Position numbers and translations under genes: made by a program. The notes beneath the pieces were generated by a model. It was not told where the DNA came from. It did no database searches and was given only the letters and a program-made list of their open reading frames with translations. This document shows positions 10,742 to 20,931 of a stretch of DNA of 64,000 bases, one piece after another (position 1 is the stretch's first letter; every line of letters begins with the position of its first letter). Source of the stretch: Bacillota bacterium (GTDB lineage: Bacteria; Bacillota; Ch66; Ch109); NCBI GenBank assembly GCA_050952625.1, contig JBMNLH010000001.1:1088001-1152000 (forward strand), written 5' to 3'.

Positions 10742-10841
10742 AAAAGACCCCAACTGCTATTAAGTTGGGGTCTTTTGCTTGAGATTTATTGTAGAGACTC
10801 CGTCTGAAGCCTTGATGTTCGGTGAAGCTGAATGGGTTCCT
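10742..10841 (-). repeat. Degenerate inverted copy of the ~115-bp palindromic repeat; its hairpin (10742-10775) is the likely bidirectional terminator between lysC and the His-rich gene
   Basis: GTAGAGACTCCGTCTGAAGCCTTGATGTTCGGTGAAGCTGAATGGGTTC matches the reverse complement of 37236-37290; AAAAGACCCCAACT/AGTTGGGGTCTTTT stem. Confidence 0.7.
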
Positions 10842-11339
10842 TTATGGTCTGGGTTGTGGCTGTTCACCTAGGGAGGGTCGTCGGGGTCGCCCGGTCCGTC
10901 CCCGGTAGCTGTGCGAATGATCAGCGTCAACCGAGGTTAATCCATTGTATCTATGAACGTGATTAGCGGCTGGTCCGATTGCTCGCCCGGTCCAACCAGC
11001 GTAACGGTGGCGGTGCCCACGATCATAGGAGGTTACTCCCATATAGCGATGGACATGACTGCCCAAAAAATTAACGGCAAAGCCGGTATTGCCTCCCATC
11101 TGGTGGTCGTGCCGTCGGACTACATCAGTCCGGTTCCGGTACTGGTGGTAATGCCGTCGAAAGCCCGGAGGGACTAGCGGATACTGCGAAACATTAGGAT
11201 CGTCTTGGGCCGGTAATTGGGCCCAATATTCTTCTAAATCATCATCTATCGGCCCGCTCACAATATCTTCATCTAAGCCATAGTCTATCGGCCCACCCAT
11301 AATATCTTCTTCAAGCAGAAGCTCCGGTTTATGATACAT
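10842..11339 (-). CDS. His-rich YmaF-like protein, probably spore-associated
   Basis: Repeated HxH motifs (HDH, HVH, HRH, HVH, HSH) with G-x-T spacing; SigK-like promoter upstream. Confidence 0.65.
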   Translation of the reverse strand: MYHKPELLLEEDIMGGPIDYGLDEDIVSGPIDDDLEEYWAQLPAQDDPNVSQYPLVPPGFRRHYHQYRNRTDVVRRHDHQMGGNTGFAVNFLGSHVHRYMGVTSYDRGHRHRYAGWTGRAIGPAANHVHRYNGLTSVDADHSHSYRGRTGRPRRPSLGEQPQPRP

Positions 11340-11373
11340 TTTTTATCACTCCTTTTTTCTGGAATTATTTATA

Positions 11374-11402
11374 TATTTTATGTCCGGCAATGTTAGTTGG
11401 TT
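11374..11402 (-). promoter_or_regulatory. Putative SigK promoter
   Basis: Minus strand AACC-N16-CATAAAATA matches the SigK consensus. Confidence 0.5.
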
Positions 11403-11491
11403 ACAGCTGGCAGAACGGTTGAGCTTAAGGATATTTAGTTATAGTTTGGAAAATACTTTGCAACAAATCCCAAAAAATCCCTAAATAACCC

Positions 11492-11535
11492 TTGAATTCT
11501 TTTGAGTAGTTGGTTATATTAGTAGGTAGTACTAA
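11492..11535 (+). promoter_or_regulatory. SigA promoter with FapR operator
   Basis: TTGAAT-N17-TATATT overlapped by the 17-bp palindrome TTAGTA-GGTAG-TACTAA (11519-11535), directly upstream of fapR. Confidence 0.8.
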
Positions 11536-11599
11536 AATAAGATAATGTGGACAATATAATTAATTGAGTGAGCTGTAATGTAGTTAGATAAGGAGAGGA

Positions 11600-12181
11600 A
11601 TGAACTTGGCCAGACCAGGGAAATTGCAGCGACACAAAAGATTATTAGAAGAACTAAGGGCCAATCCTTTTTTAACTGATGAAGAACTGGCTAAGTGCCT
11701 GGGGGTCAGCATTCAAACTATTCGTCTGGATCGGATGGAGCTAGATATTGCCGAGTTGCGAGAGCGGATGAAAACTCTAGCGTCAAGTTTATTGCACGGG
11801 GAGCAGTTTATTCAGGGTTACCGAGTGCTGGGTGAGCTTGTGGAAGCGGAACCGGGCAAGCACACCTATTCTTTATTAACCATTAGTCCTGAGATGGTAG
11901 TTTCTCGGACCGGGGTAGCTCGGCCTTACTTTATGGTCGCTCAGGCGCATACCGCTGCCTTGCAGATTTTTCCTGAACCGGATGAAGTTTTTACCTCCTC
12001 GGCCAACGTTAAATTTTCGCGGCCCGTCCGGGTAGGGGAAAAGTTGCTGGCTAGTGCTGAATTAGTTGAGTCTAAGGAAAACCGACATCGGATCAAAGTG
12101 ATTACTCGGGTTGGTCAAGAAATAGTATTTCGGGCCACGTTTCATATCTATATGAATCCGACACAGGAGAATAAGGCATGA
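11600..12181 (+). CDS. fapR: Fatty acid biosynthesis repressor FapR
   Basis: NPFLTDEELA..VSIQTIRLDR HTH plus hot-dog domain. Confidence 0.92.
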   Translation: MNLARPGKLQRHKRLLEELRANPFLTDEELAKCLGVSIQTIRLDRMELDIAELRERMKTLASSLLHGEQFIQGYRVLGELVEAEPGKHTYSLLTISPEMVVSRTGVARPYFMVAQAHTAALQIFPEPDEVFTSSANVKFSRPVRVGEKLLASAELVESKENRHRIKVITRVGQEIVFRATFHIYMNPTQENKA

Positions 12182-13167
12182 GTGTATTACAAAGAGCAGC
12201 AATTATCGGAACCGGGATCTGTCTACCAACCCGTATCCTCAGTAATCAGGACCTGGAACAGATGGTGGAGACAAATGACGAGTGGATCACCGAACGAACC
12301 GGAATCAAGGAACGACGAATTGCGGCCGCTGAAGAGGCAACTGTGGATTTAGCCGAGCGGGCCGCTCGACAGGCCTTGGAACGGGCCGGGGTAAGGGCTG
12401 AGGATCTGGATTTAATTATCCTGGCCACAGCTACCCCCGACCGTTTTGTCCCGCCAGCGGCTTGCCTGGTGCAGCATCGCTTAGGGGCCAAGAACGCTTT
12501 TGCTTTTGATCTAAATGCTGCCTGCTCCGGTTTTCTGTATGGTCTGGCTGTTGGTAGTCAGTTTATCAATTCTCGGAGCAGCCGCTATATTCTGGTGATT
12601 GGGGCGGAAACTCTCTCCCGGATTATCGACTGGTCCGATCGCAATACCTGTATTTTATTCGGTGATGGTGCTGGAGCAGCGGTCTTAGGTCCGGCCAAGG
12701 AAAAGGAAGGTTTGCTTTCTTTTTACATGAGATCTGACGGCAGTGGGGAGGATTTACTTCAAGTACCGGCTGGGGGATCAAGGCTGCCGGCCTCTCACCA
12801 GACTGTTGCTGAAGGGTTGCATTTTATTCAAATGAAAGGTAATGAAATTTTTAAACTGGCGGTTAGGGCCATGGTTAGTTCAGCCGACCAAGCGTTAGCT
12901 GAAGCCGGTTTAACGCGGGCCGATGTTGACTGGGTGGTACCGCATCAAGCCAACTTGAGGATTATTTGGGCTATGACCCAGCGGCTTGGCGTAGACCGCT
13001 CTAAGGTCGTGATTACCTTGGATCACCATGGCAACACCTCGGCAGCCTCAATTCCTTTGGCCCTAGCTGAGGGAATAGAGCGAGGAGATCTCCAAAAAGA
13101 TCAGATAATTCTCCTAACCGGTTTTGGTGCTGGTTTAACCTGGGGGAGTGCCGTCTTAAGGCTCTAG
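12178..13167 (+). CDS. fabH: 3-oxoacyl-ACP synthase III
   Basis: AACSGF, PHQAN, GNTSAAS, GFGAGLTW. Confidence 0.96.
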   Translation: MSVLQRAAIIGTGICLPTRILSNQDLEQMVETNDEWITERTGIKERRIAAAEEATVDLAERAARQALERAGVRAEDLDLIILATATPDRFVPPAACLVQHRLGAKNAFAFDLNAACSGFLYGLAVGSQFINSRSSRYILVIGAETLSRIIDWSDRNTCILFGDGAGAAVLGPAKEKEGLLSFYMRSDGSGEDLLQVPAGGSRLPASHQTVAEGLHFIQMKGNEIFKLAVRAMVSSADQALAEAGLTRADVDWVVPHQANLRIIWAMTQRLGVDRSKVVITLDHHGNTSAASIPLALAEGIERGDLQKDQIILLTGFGAGLTWGSAVLRL

Positions 13168-13274
13168 TTTAAGTAAACCTGTCCCCCTGTCCCAAGAAGA
13201 CTAAAAATGATGAAAGCAGGTGTTAATTACTGACTGGAGATCAAGCAAGCAAGTTAGTTGGGAGGGATAGACTT

Positions 13275-14219
13275 GTGCTTGGCAAGAGGCTATGCGATTT
13301 ACTTAATATTCGATATCCGGTATTTCAGGGCGGCATGGCCTGGATTTCAACAGCGGAACTAGCGGCGGCCGTATCTGAAGGGGGCGGTCTTGGCATTATT
13401 GGGGCCGGTCATGCGGATGCCAAATGGGTTCGGGAACAGATTCAGAAAGTAAAAACTTTGACAACCCAGCCCTATGGCGTTAATGTCATGCTTCTATCCG
13501 TACACGTTGATGAGATTATGCAGGTTGTTTTGGAAGAAAGAGTACCTTTAATCACGACCGGGGCCGGCAATCCCGGTAAATATATAGAGGCCTTAAAAAC
13601 CAGAGGGACTCGGGTTTTTCCAGTGGTATCTTCAGTAGCCTTGGCTCGCCGTCTTGAACGCTTGGGAGTAGATGGGCTGATCGCCGAAGGGATGGAATCC
13701 GGCGGGCATATTGGTGAAACTACGACCATGGCTCTGGTACCGCAAGTAGTTGATGCGGTAGATATTCCGGTGGTAGCCGCCGGAGGGATTGCGGATGGAC
13801 GGGGCATAGTGGCCGCTATGGCTTTAGGAGCCAGCGGTGTCCAAATCGGCACCCGATTTATAACTGCTGTGGAATGTCCAGCGCATATGGCTTATAAAGA
13901 AGCAGTTATCAAGGCCGGCGACCGGGATACAGTGGTGACTGGTCAATCAACCGGCCACCCGGTCCGAATTCTTCGAAATCGATTTGCCAGGCAATTACAA
14001 GAGTTGGAGAAAGCGGGTATCTCCAAAGAAGAACTGGAAAAGTTTGGACAGGGAAAATACCCGGCTGCTGCTATTCATGGAGATGTTGAAGGTGGTTCAC
14101 CGATGGCCGGCCAGGTCGCGGGATTAGTTCGGCAGATAGAGCCGGCGGCGGTTATTCTGGAATCAATAATGAAAGAGGCGGTGCAGGTCATGGAAGGACT
14201 AGGGAGGCAACTAGCGTGA
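13275..14219 (+). CDS. fabK: Enoyl-ACP reductase II
   Basis: QGGMAW, EGMESGGH, AAGGIADGRG; fab operon context. Confidence 0.92.
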   Translation: MLGKRLCDLLNIRYPVFQGGMAWISTAELAAAVSEGGGLGIIGAGHADAKWVREQIQKVKTLTTQPYGVNVMLLSVHVDEIMQVVLEERVPLITTGAGNPGKYIEALKTRGTRVFPVVSSVALARRLERLGVDGLIAEGMESGGHIGETTTMALVPQVVDAVDIPVVAAGGIADGRGIVAAMALGASGVQIGTRFITAVECPAHMAYKEAVIKAGDRDTVVTGQSTGHPVRILRNRFARQLQELEKAGISKEELEKFGQGKYPAAAIHGDVEGGSPMAGQVAGLVRQIEPAAVILESIMKEAVQVMEGLGRQLA

Positions 14220-15172
14220 AAATAGGCTTTATTTTTCCCGGCCAGGGGTCACAGTATATCGGAATGGGGTGTGAGCTGGCCCAAAACTATCCGGTGGCGG
14301 CTGAGGTGTTTGCTCAAGCGGATCAAGAATTAGGTTTTCCTCTATCCCGGCTTTGTTTTGAGGGGCCAGCCGAAGAACTGGTGCAGAACGATATTGTTCA
14401 GCCGGCAATTCTGGTCACAAGTCTGGCAGTGCGGGCGGTCCTGAAAGAGGCCGGGGTCCATCCCGAGGTAGTGGCCGGGTTAAGCGTGGGCGAGTACACG
14501 GCCTTGGTTACCGCTGGTGCTTTAAGCTTTTCAGACGCCTTGCACCTGGTTCGGAAACGCGGCTTGATTATGCGAGAAGCCCTGCCGCCGGGGCAAGGAG
14601 CTATGCTGGCCTTGATTGGGGTCACTCGTGATCTAGTCAATAATCTTTGCCAGGAGGTGGCTCCACTAGGCGTGGTTGAACCCTGCAATTATAACTGCCC
14701 TGGTCAGATTGTGGTTGGGGGAACCCTGCCAGCGATCGCGGCCTTGGAGGAAATAGCAGTGAAACGAGGGGCCAGGAAAGCAGTTCGAGTTGCCATGAAT
14801 TCACCCTCTCACTGCAGTCTGCTGCAACCAGCGGCCCAGCGTTTTGTCCCTAGCTTGGTTGGGGTGACTTGGCAGGATGCTCGAATTCCGGTAGTGTCCA
14901 ATGTTGATGCTCGTCCTGAGCAGTCAGCTAAGATGCTTCGCCACAAGCTTGCTCAGCAGCTTTGCCAGGCGGTTTTATGGGAAGATGTTGTTTGGCAAAT
15001 GGAAAAAATGGGAGTTACCCACCTGATTGAAGTAGGACCGGGGCATACCTTGGCTGGTTTTGTCCGGAAAACTACTCGACTGATTAAGGTAAATAATGTA
15101 GAGGATGAAGTGACTTTCAAAGAGGTTTTAAACTGGTTAGATGACGCGAAAGGTGGTGAAAAAGCAAGTTAA
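14216..15172 (+). CDS. fabD: Malonyl-CoA:ACP transacylase
   Basis: FPGQGSQ, GLSVGEY, NYNCPGQ. Confidence 0.94.
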   Translation: MKIGFIFPGQGSQYIGMGCELAQNYPVAAEVFAQADQELGFPLSRLCFEGPAEELVQNDIVQPAILVTSLAVRAVLKEAGVHPEVVAGLSVGEYTALVTAGALSFSDALHLVRKRGLIMREALPPGQGAMLALIGVTRDLVNNLCQEVAPLGVVEPCNYNCPGQIVVGGTLPAIAALEEIAVKRGARKAVRVAMNSPSHCSLLQPAAQRFVPSLVGVTWQDARIPVVSNVDARPEQSAKMLRHKLAQQLCQAVLWEDVVWQMEKMGVTHLIEVGPGHTLAGFVRKTTRLIKVNNVEDEVTFKEVLNWLDDAKGGEKAS

Positions 15173-15933
15173 TGTTTGGATTTAATGAGACAATGCTAAC
15201 CGGACAGGTCGCGTTGGTCACTGGGGCGGCACGAGGGATTGGGCGAGCGATCGCAATGAGTCTGGCCGCTGCCGGGGCTAAGGTGGTGATTAATGATTTG
15301 GGTCAAGAGGCGGCTGCAGCCGAAGTAGTTGAGGCCATCACGCAAAAAGGCGGTGCAGCTATTGCCTTGATGGCAAATGTGGCAGACCGGGCTGAGTTTG
15401 ATCAAATGGTGAAAGAAATAATCGCCAAGTTTGGTCGGCTGGATATTTTAGTGAATAATGCGGGAATTTGTCGGGATGGACTCCTAGCTACCATGTCCGA
15501 AGAAGACTGGGATTTAGTTCTAGCGGTTAATTTAAAGGGTGCCTTTAATGGTTGTAAGGCAGTAATTCGGCCAATGATTAAAGCTAAAGGCGGCCGAATA
15601 ATAAGTATCAGTTCAGTCACGGGGATAGTCGGAAATGCCGGTCAAACGAATTATGCGGCTTCTAAAGCCGGTTTAATCGGTTTCTCCAAGTCGCTCGCCC
15701 GGGAAGTTGCTTCAAGGGGAATAACCGTGAACGTGGTGGCTCCCGGTCTGGTCGATACTCAGATCAAGGCCCATTTGACCGAGGAAGCCGAGGCTAAATT
15801 AATGGAGCAGATTCCGCTTAGACGTTTGGGTCAGCCGGAAGATATTGCTGCCATGGTCACCTTCCTGGCTTCACCAATGGCTAGTTATATTACCGGGCAA
15901 GTTTTTGCGGTCGATGGTGGTATGGCAATCTAA
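15172..15933 (+). CDS. fabG: 3-oxoacyl-ACP reductase
   Basis: TGAARGIG, NNAG, YAASK. Confidence 0.95.
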   Translation: MFGFNETMLTGQVALVTGAARGIGRAIAMSLAAAGAKVVINDLGQEAAAAEVVEAITQKGGAAIALMANVADRAEFDQMVKEIIAKFGRLDILVNNAGICRDGLLATMSEEDWDLVLAVNLKGAFNGCKAVIRPMIKAKGGRIISISSVTGIVGNAGQTNYAASKAGLIGFSKSLAREVASRGITVNVVAPGLVDTQIKAHLTEEAEAKLMEQIPLRRLGQPEDIAAMVTFLASPMASYITGQVFAVDGGMAI

Positions 15934-16231
15934 ATGTTGGATATTGGACGTTAGAAGTTGGATGCCGTGACCCTCATGTCACTCCGCGGCCTTATCAGAA
16001 CATTATAATTATGATTGCGTAGTGTTAACGAACGTCAGCGATTGACAGCGTGCATGCATCATAGAACAAAGACAGCTGTGGATTAGCAGGCATTACTGTC
16101 TAAGTCAGTCCGAGCGAGTTTGAGCTTGTCCGGAACTGGCGAGGTTCATTCCTCGCTTAGTCTGCTGACCGAGTTAAAACATAAGCATTAAATTACAAAA
16201 AAATAGAGAAAGAATTTGGAGGTAATAGACG

Positions 16232-16462
16232 ATGTTAGACAAGATAATAAAGATTATTTCTGAACAGCTTGATGTTGAGCCAGAAAAAGTTACCCCGGAA
16301 ACTCGGCTAATGGATGACCTAAAGGCGGATTCAATGGACCTGGTTGAAATGGTTATGGCCTTTGAAGAGGAATTTGGCATTTCTATTCCAGATGAGGATG
16401 CAGAAAAATTGGTTAAGGTCCAGGATGTTTTGACCTACCTGGAAACAAAACTTCAGGGATAA
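16232..16462 (+). CDS. acpP: Acyl carrier protein
   Basis: DLKADSMDLVE phosphopantetheine site; EEEFGISIPD. Confidence 0.95.
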   Translation: MLDKIIKIISEQLDVEPEKVTPETRLMDDLKADSMDLVEMVMAFEEEFGISIPDEDAEKLVKVQDVLTYLETKLQG

Positions 16463-16467
16463 GGGAA

Positions 16468-17733
16468 ATGAATAGGAGTAATAGTTCAATGAAGTGCCGG
16501 GTAGTGATTACCGGATTGGGGTTGATTACCCCAATCGGTTCAGGAAAGCAGGCTTTTTGGGAGGCTACCCAACGGGGTGAAGGTGGCGTAGGCCCAGTCA
16601 CCCGGTTTGACGCTAGTAGGTTGTCAACCCGTATTGCTGCTGAGGTCAAAAATTTTGAGGCAACCGATTTTTTGGATCGCAAAACAGCCCGTCGAATGGA
16701 TCGTTTTACCCATTTTGGAGTAGCGGCGGCTCGAATGGCGATAGAAGACGCCCAACTCAAATTGGAGGAGGAGGACCGCCAGCGGATTGGGGTGTGGGTC
16801 GGTTCCGGAATCGGGGGAATAGAGACTTATGATCAACAGCATCGGATCCTGCTAGAGAGGGGACCAGCCCGAGTTAATCCTTTTTTTATTCCGATGCTCA
16901 TCAGCAACATGGCTGGCAGTCAAATTGCCATTGAATTTGGACTTCGCGCTTCCAATTCCTGCATTGTATCGGCCTGTGCTACGGCCACGAACGCTATTGG
17001 TGAGTCGTTGCGCATTTTACAACGGGGAGAGGCTGAGGTGATGCTGGCTGGGGGAACCGAAGCCTCGATCACGGAACTGGCTTTTGCTGGTTTTTGTGCA
17101 ATGCGGGCCATGTCTACCCGTAATGAAGAACCGCAAAAGGCTTCTCGCCCTTTTGATCGAGACCGGGACGGTTTTGTGATGGGAGAAGGAGCCGGGGTGC
17201 TCGTTTTAGAAACCTTGGAGCATGCCCAAAAACGAAACGCGCGCATTTATGCTGAATTAGTCGGTTACGCCACAAATTGTGATGCATTTCATGTCGTTCA
17301 GCCTGATCCCAAAGGGTTGGGGGCGGCCCGGGCCATGCGAGAAGCAATTGAAGACAGTGATTGCCAATTGACAGAAGTGGATTATATTAATGCCCATGGG
17401 ACTAGTACTGACTTGAATGACCAGATGGAAACAGAGGCAATTAAGCAGGTGTTTGGCGAGCAGGCCCGTAAATTGGCTGTAAGTTCTACCAAATCAATGA
17501 CCGGGCATCTTTTAGGTGCTTCCGGGGCTGTCGAGTTGATTGCGTCAACCCTGGCCGTAGTTCATCAATGGTTACCGCCAACAATTAATTACGAAAACCC
17601 AGATCCGGCTTGCGATCTGGATTATGTGCCAAATCAAGGCCGTCCATCCAGGATTCGTTATGCTTTATCAAACTCCTTTGGGTTTGGTGGCCACAATGCA
17701 ACGGTGGTGATTCGAAGGTGGGAGGAAACCTAG
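16468..17733 (+). CDS. fabF: 3-oxoacyl-ACP synthase II
   Basis: SACAT, NAHGTST, KSMTGHLLGA, NSFGFGG. Confidence 0.96.
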   Translation: MNRSNSSMKCRVVITGLGLITPIGSGKQAFWEATQRGEGGVGPVTRFDASRLSTRIAAEVKNFEATDFLDRKTARRMDRFTHFGVAAARMAIEDAQLKLEEEDRQRIGVWVGSGIGGIETYDQQHRILLERGPARVNPFFIPMLISNMAGSQIAIEFGLRASNSCIVSACATATNAIGESLRILQRGEAEVMLAGGTEASITELAFAGFCAMRAMSTRNEEPQKASRPFDRDRDGFVMGEGAGVLVLETLEHAQKRNARIYAELVGYATNCDAFHVVQPDPKGLGAARAMREAIEDSDCQLTEVDYINAHGTSTDLNDQMETEAIKQVFGEQARKLAVSSTKSMTGHLLGASGAVELIASTLAVVHQWLPPTINYENPDPACDLDYVPNQGRPSRIRYALSNSFGFGGHNATVVIRRWEET

Positions 17734-18608
17734 AATCGGTTGAAGTCATCGCCCTGGTGGGTCCGGCTGGAACCGGCAAAAGCCACCGGGCCTTGGTTTT
17801 AGCACATGAAAAAGACGCCAATTTGATCATTGATGACGGACTTTTAATTAAAGGAAGTCGTATTTTGGCCGGCCGATCGGCTAAGGGAGAAAGACTAGTC
17901 ATTACCGCTACCCGAAGGGCTTTATTCATGGACCCGGAGCATGCTCGGGAAGTGCGGGACCGGCTGGAGATCGAACAACCCTCTCGGTTGTTAATCTTGG
18001 GTATTTCTGAAAACATGGCTTTTCGAATTGCGCATAATCTGGGACTGCCAGCCCCTCAGGAGTTAATTCATATCGAACAACTTGCTTCTAAATCGGAAAT
18101 TCTCACGGCCCGACGCCTGCGGATGACAGAAAAAAAGCATGCTGTCCCAGTGGTTTCCGTTGATGTTACCCGGGATTCAGTGGGTTACCTGGTGGATTCT
18201 TTTACGGTCTTTTTTCGACGGCGCAATGATCGGCGGGTGCTAGGGGAAAATTCAGTGGTTCGGCCGCGCTACAGTATTTTGGGGCGGCTTTCGATAGCCG
18301 ATACAGTGGTCCGGGCACTAGCTGCCCGGGCAGCGACTGAAGCGGCTGAGGTTATAAAGGTACTACGAGTGACGGTTCAAATGATCGGGGGGGCCTTGTT
18401 CCTTGAGGTGTCTGTGGTATTGCCTTATGGGATACAATTGCAACCGATACTGTTAAATATCCAGCGCCGAGTTTATGAACAAGTAACCGATTTATCAGGT
18501 CTGGAGGTCCGTGAGGTTAATGTCGTTTGTGATAAACTATTGATTCCAGACGAGGTTTTAGGTGTTAAAACAAAAAGTCGGGGGTTTTGGAATATTAGAG
18601 GATTCTAA
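17718..18608 (+). CDS. P-loop domain plus C-terminal Asp23/Gls24-like domain protein (start uncertain)
   Basis: [11 protein letters not shown] Walker A; IIDDGLLI; C-terminal [22 protein letters not shown]. Confidence 0.7.
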   Translation: MGGNLESVEVIALVGPAGTGKSHRALVLAHEKDANLIIDDGLLIKGSRILAGRSAKGERLVITATRRALFMDPEHAREVRDRLEIEQPSRLLILGISENMAFRIAHNLGLPAPQELIHIEQLASKSEILTARRLRMTEKKHAVPVVSVDVTRDSVGYLVDSFTVFFRRRNDRRVLGENSVVRPRYSILGRLSIADTVVRALAARAATEAAEVIKVLRVTVQMIGGALFLEVSVVLPYGIQLQPILLNIQRRVYEQVTDLSGLEVREVNVVCDKLLIPDEVLGVKTKSRGFWNIRGF

Positions 18609-18735
18609 GGTTTATTTGATCTCTGATAGTAATCAATACCCTAAAGATACAAAGCTTAGATCGATTGATTATGTCATTTTTCAATGGTGCTGTTTAGACG
18701 GCATAAGGATCTATAAAGAAAGGAACGGTATTTTT

Positions 18736-19164
18736 GTGCTTGATATTCAACAGATTCAGAAGATAATACCGCATCGACCACCTTTTTTATTGGTTGACCG
18801 AGTCATTGAGGTAGAACCCGGGGTTAAAGCGATAGGAATTAAAAACGTAACGGTGAATGAACCTTTTTTTCAAGGCCATTTTCCCGGCAACCCGATTATG
18901 CCGGGCGTGCTGATAGTGGAAGCTCTGGCCCAAGTTGGGGCCATTGCCTTATTAACCCAAGAGGAGCACCAGGGAAAGCTGGCTCTATTTGGCGGAATCG
19001 AAAATTTTCGATTCCGCCGGGTAGTTCGTCCCGGCGATCAGCTTCGTTTAGAAGTACAATTGCTTTGGATTCGTCGCGGAATAGGCAAGGGGCGAGCTGT
19101 TGCCCAGGTTGATGATGAACTGGCGGGTGAAGGAGAAATCATGTTTTCGATTAATGCCGGTTAG
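18736..19164 (+). CDS. fabZ: 3-hydroxyacyl-ACP dehydratase
   Basis: [29 protein letters not shown]; GTG start. Confidence 0.96.
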   Translation: MLDIQQIQKIIPHRPPFLLVDRVIEVEPGVKAIGIKNVTVNEPFFQGHFPGNPIMPGVLIVEALAQVGAIALLTQEEHQGKLALFGGIENFRFRRVVRPGDQLRLEVQLLWIRRGIGKGRAVAQVDDELAGEGEIMFSINAG

Positions 19165-19498
19165 TGGCCGGCTGCTGAAATCAATCCTTGGATTAAGGCC
19201 TGCCCGATGGGGTGAGGTTTTGTTTCATAATCAGAAAGAATCAGTGGACTTTCTGTATAGAAGTAAGTGCAGCTAGGGCTTCCGCCTGCACCTAAGGCTT
19301 GGTGCAAGCCAAGTTTTATATTGTTGTGCTAATGTCAGACGCATGGGATCTTTTAAAATAAATTGATGTCATAAATAGGCAGGAAATCGAGGGAATATGG
19401 AGAAAAGATCTAATAGATTCTATGGATTCGTTATGTTCTGGCATTACATTTGAATGATTACTAGCCCGGCGAGGATTCATTATCTGGCGGAAGGGGAG

Positions 19499-19954
19499 AT
19501 GGGTCTTTTGACCAGGGACTTGGTAACTGAGGCTCGAAATGCAGCCGGGGGTTACTACCGAGCGAACTACAATTGCGCGGAGTCAATAATTCATGGTTTT
19601 AACCAGGTCCTGGACTTAAAGATTGATCCAGAAATGTAGTGAAGATGTTTTCCGGTTATGGCGGCGGATTGGGCCATGCGGGATGTATGTGCGGGGCCCT
19701 CAGCGCCTCCATCGCCATTCTAGGCTACTTCAGGGGCCGGAAGAACCAGTGAGGAAAAAAGAGATGTCATTTACGACCTAGCCAACCGCTTTCATGACTG
19801 TTTTGAAGAAGAGTTCGGGGCCACCTGTTGTCGAGTGCTGAATCCCTACTCGTTCGATACCCCAGAGCATGCTCGGACGTGTTTGAAGATCACCGGCAAT
19901 ACCGCGAAAATACTAATGCAGTTCCTGTTAGCCGAAGGATTGGCTGACGGTTAA
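19499..19954 (+). CDS. C_GCAxxG_C_C family redox protein, frameshifted
   Basis: YNCAES, then GGGLGHAGCMCGAL and GATCCRVL in successive frames. Confidence 0.75.
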
Positions 19955-20039
19955 CAATTGTCCGAGAAAGGGTTAGCAATTCCGTCATTGACCCAGATTT
20001 ATAGGAGCGATAATTCTAACCAGAAAGGATCGGTGGGCT

Positions 20040-20870
20040 ATGCGGAGTCAGGAAGGCTATGTCGACCTGGGTAACTACCGTCTTTATTATCAGACCTATG
20101 GTGCGGGTTTCCCTATTCTTTTACTGCACGGGGCAAACACCTGTTTACAATTTATGAATCACTCCGCCACGTGGGAGCTGGGAAAGTGGTTGGTTGACCA
20201 AGGGTTTCGTGCTGTGGCCTTTGATCAGCATGGCTCTGGCCGATCTACGCATTTAGAGTGACTTCGCCGCTGGATTACTTCGATAAAAGCGCCGAGGATG
20301 CCGTAAGCGACTGCTTGACCACCTCAAGATCAAGAGCTTTGGGGTTATTGGGGTGAGTGAGGGGGCGACAACGTGGCTCTGAACCTGGCCATCCGTTACC
20401 CGGAGCGCGTAGAATTGGTGGTGGCTGACAGTGGCAGTTATTATGTTGCGAAAAAAAAAAAAAAAAAGAAGAAATGCTGGCCGTCGAGGAGGATCCAGAC
20501 AACGCCTGGCCCGAACCGTGGCAGTGTCTGCTGAATGAGGTGCATGGTGAAGGTTATGCCGCTGAATTACAGGCAGCCCGTCGCAGAACTGCTCGGCCGG
20601 CTTAGCGGAAAACAAGATTGATCTTTTCCAGGGCCGGTTAGCGGAAATCAAGTGTCCTACTTTTTTAGCTGCTTGTACAGGTGATATTTACGGACTAAAT
20701 CGTCAGACCCGGGAAATGGGGGAGATTATTCAAAACGCCAAAGTTAAGATTTTTCGCGGCGGCGACCACCCGGTCATGTGGAACCAAACGGATCAATTTT
20801 CCCTAGAGAGTTAAAGGAGTTTTTATATTCGGATTTTAAAGACTCCGTAAAAGCCTTAACAAGAAAATAA
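20040..20870 (+). pseudogene. Alpha/beta hydrolase, several frameshifts (errors or decay)
   Basis: PILLLHGA, AFDQHGSGRS, later GGDHPVMW; broken frames and a 17-A run. Confidence 0.6.
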
Positions 20871-20931
20871 CGATCGTGTTGATCTTCATTCGAACAATGC
20901 AAGTTAACAATTCTTTTGGAGGCTTAGATTC

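Noticed and set aside
20451-20467. Poly-A tract as a phase-variation switch
   Set aside because: It lies in an error-rich stretch with other indels; it cannot be told from an artefact without reads.
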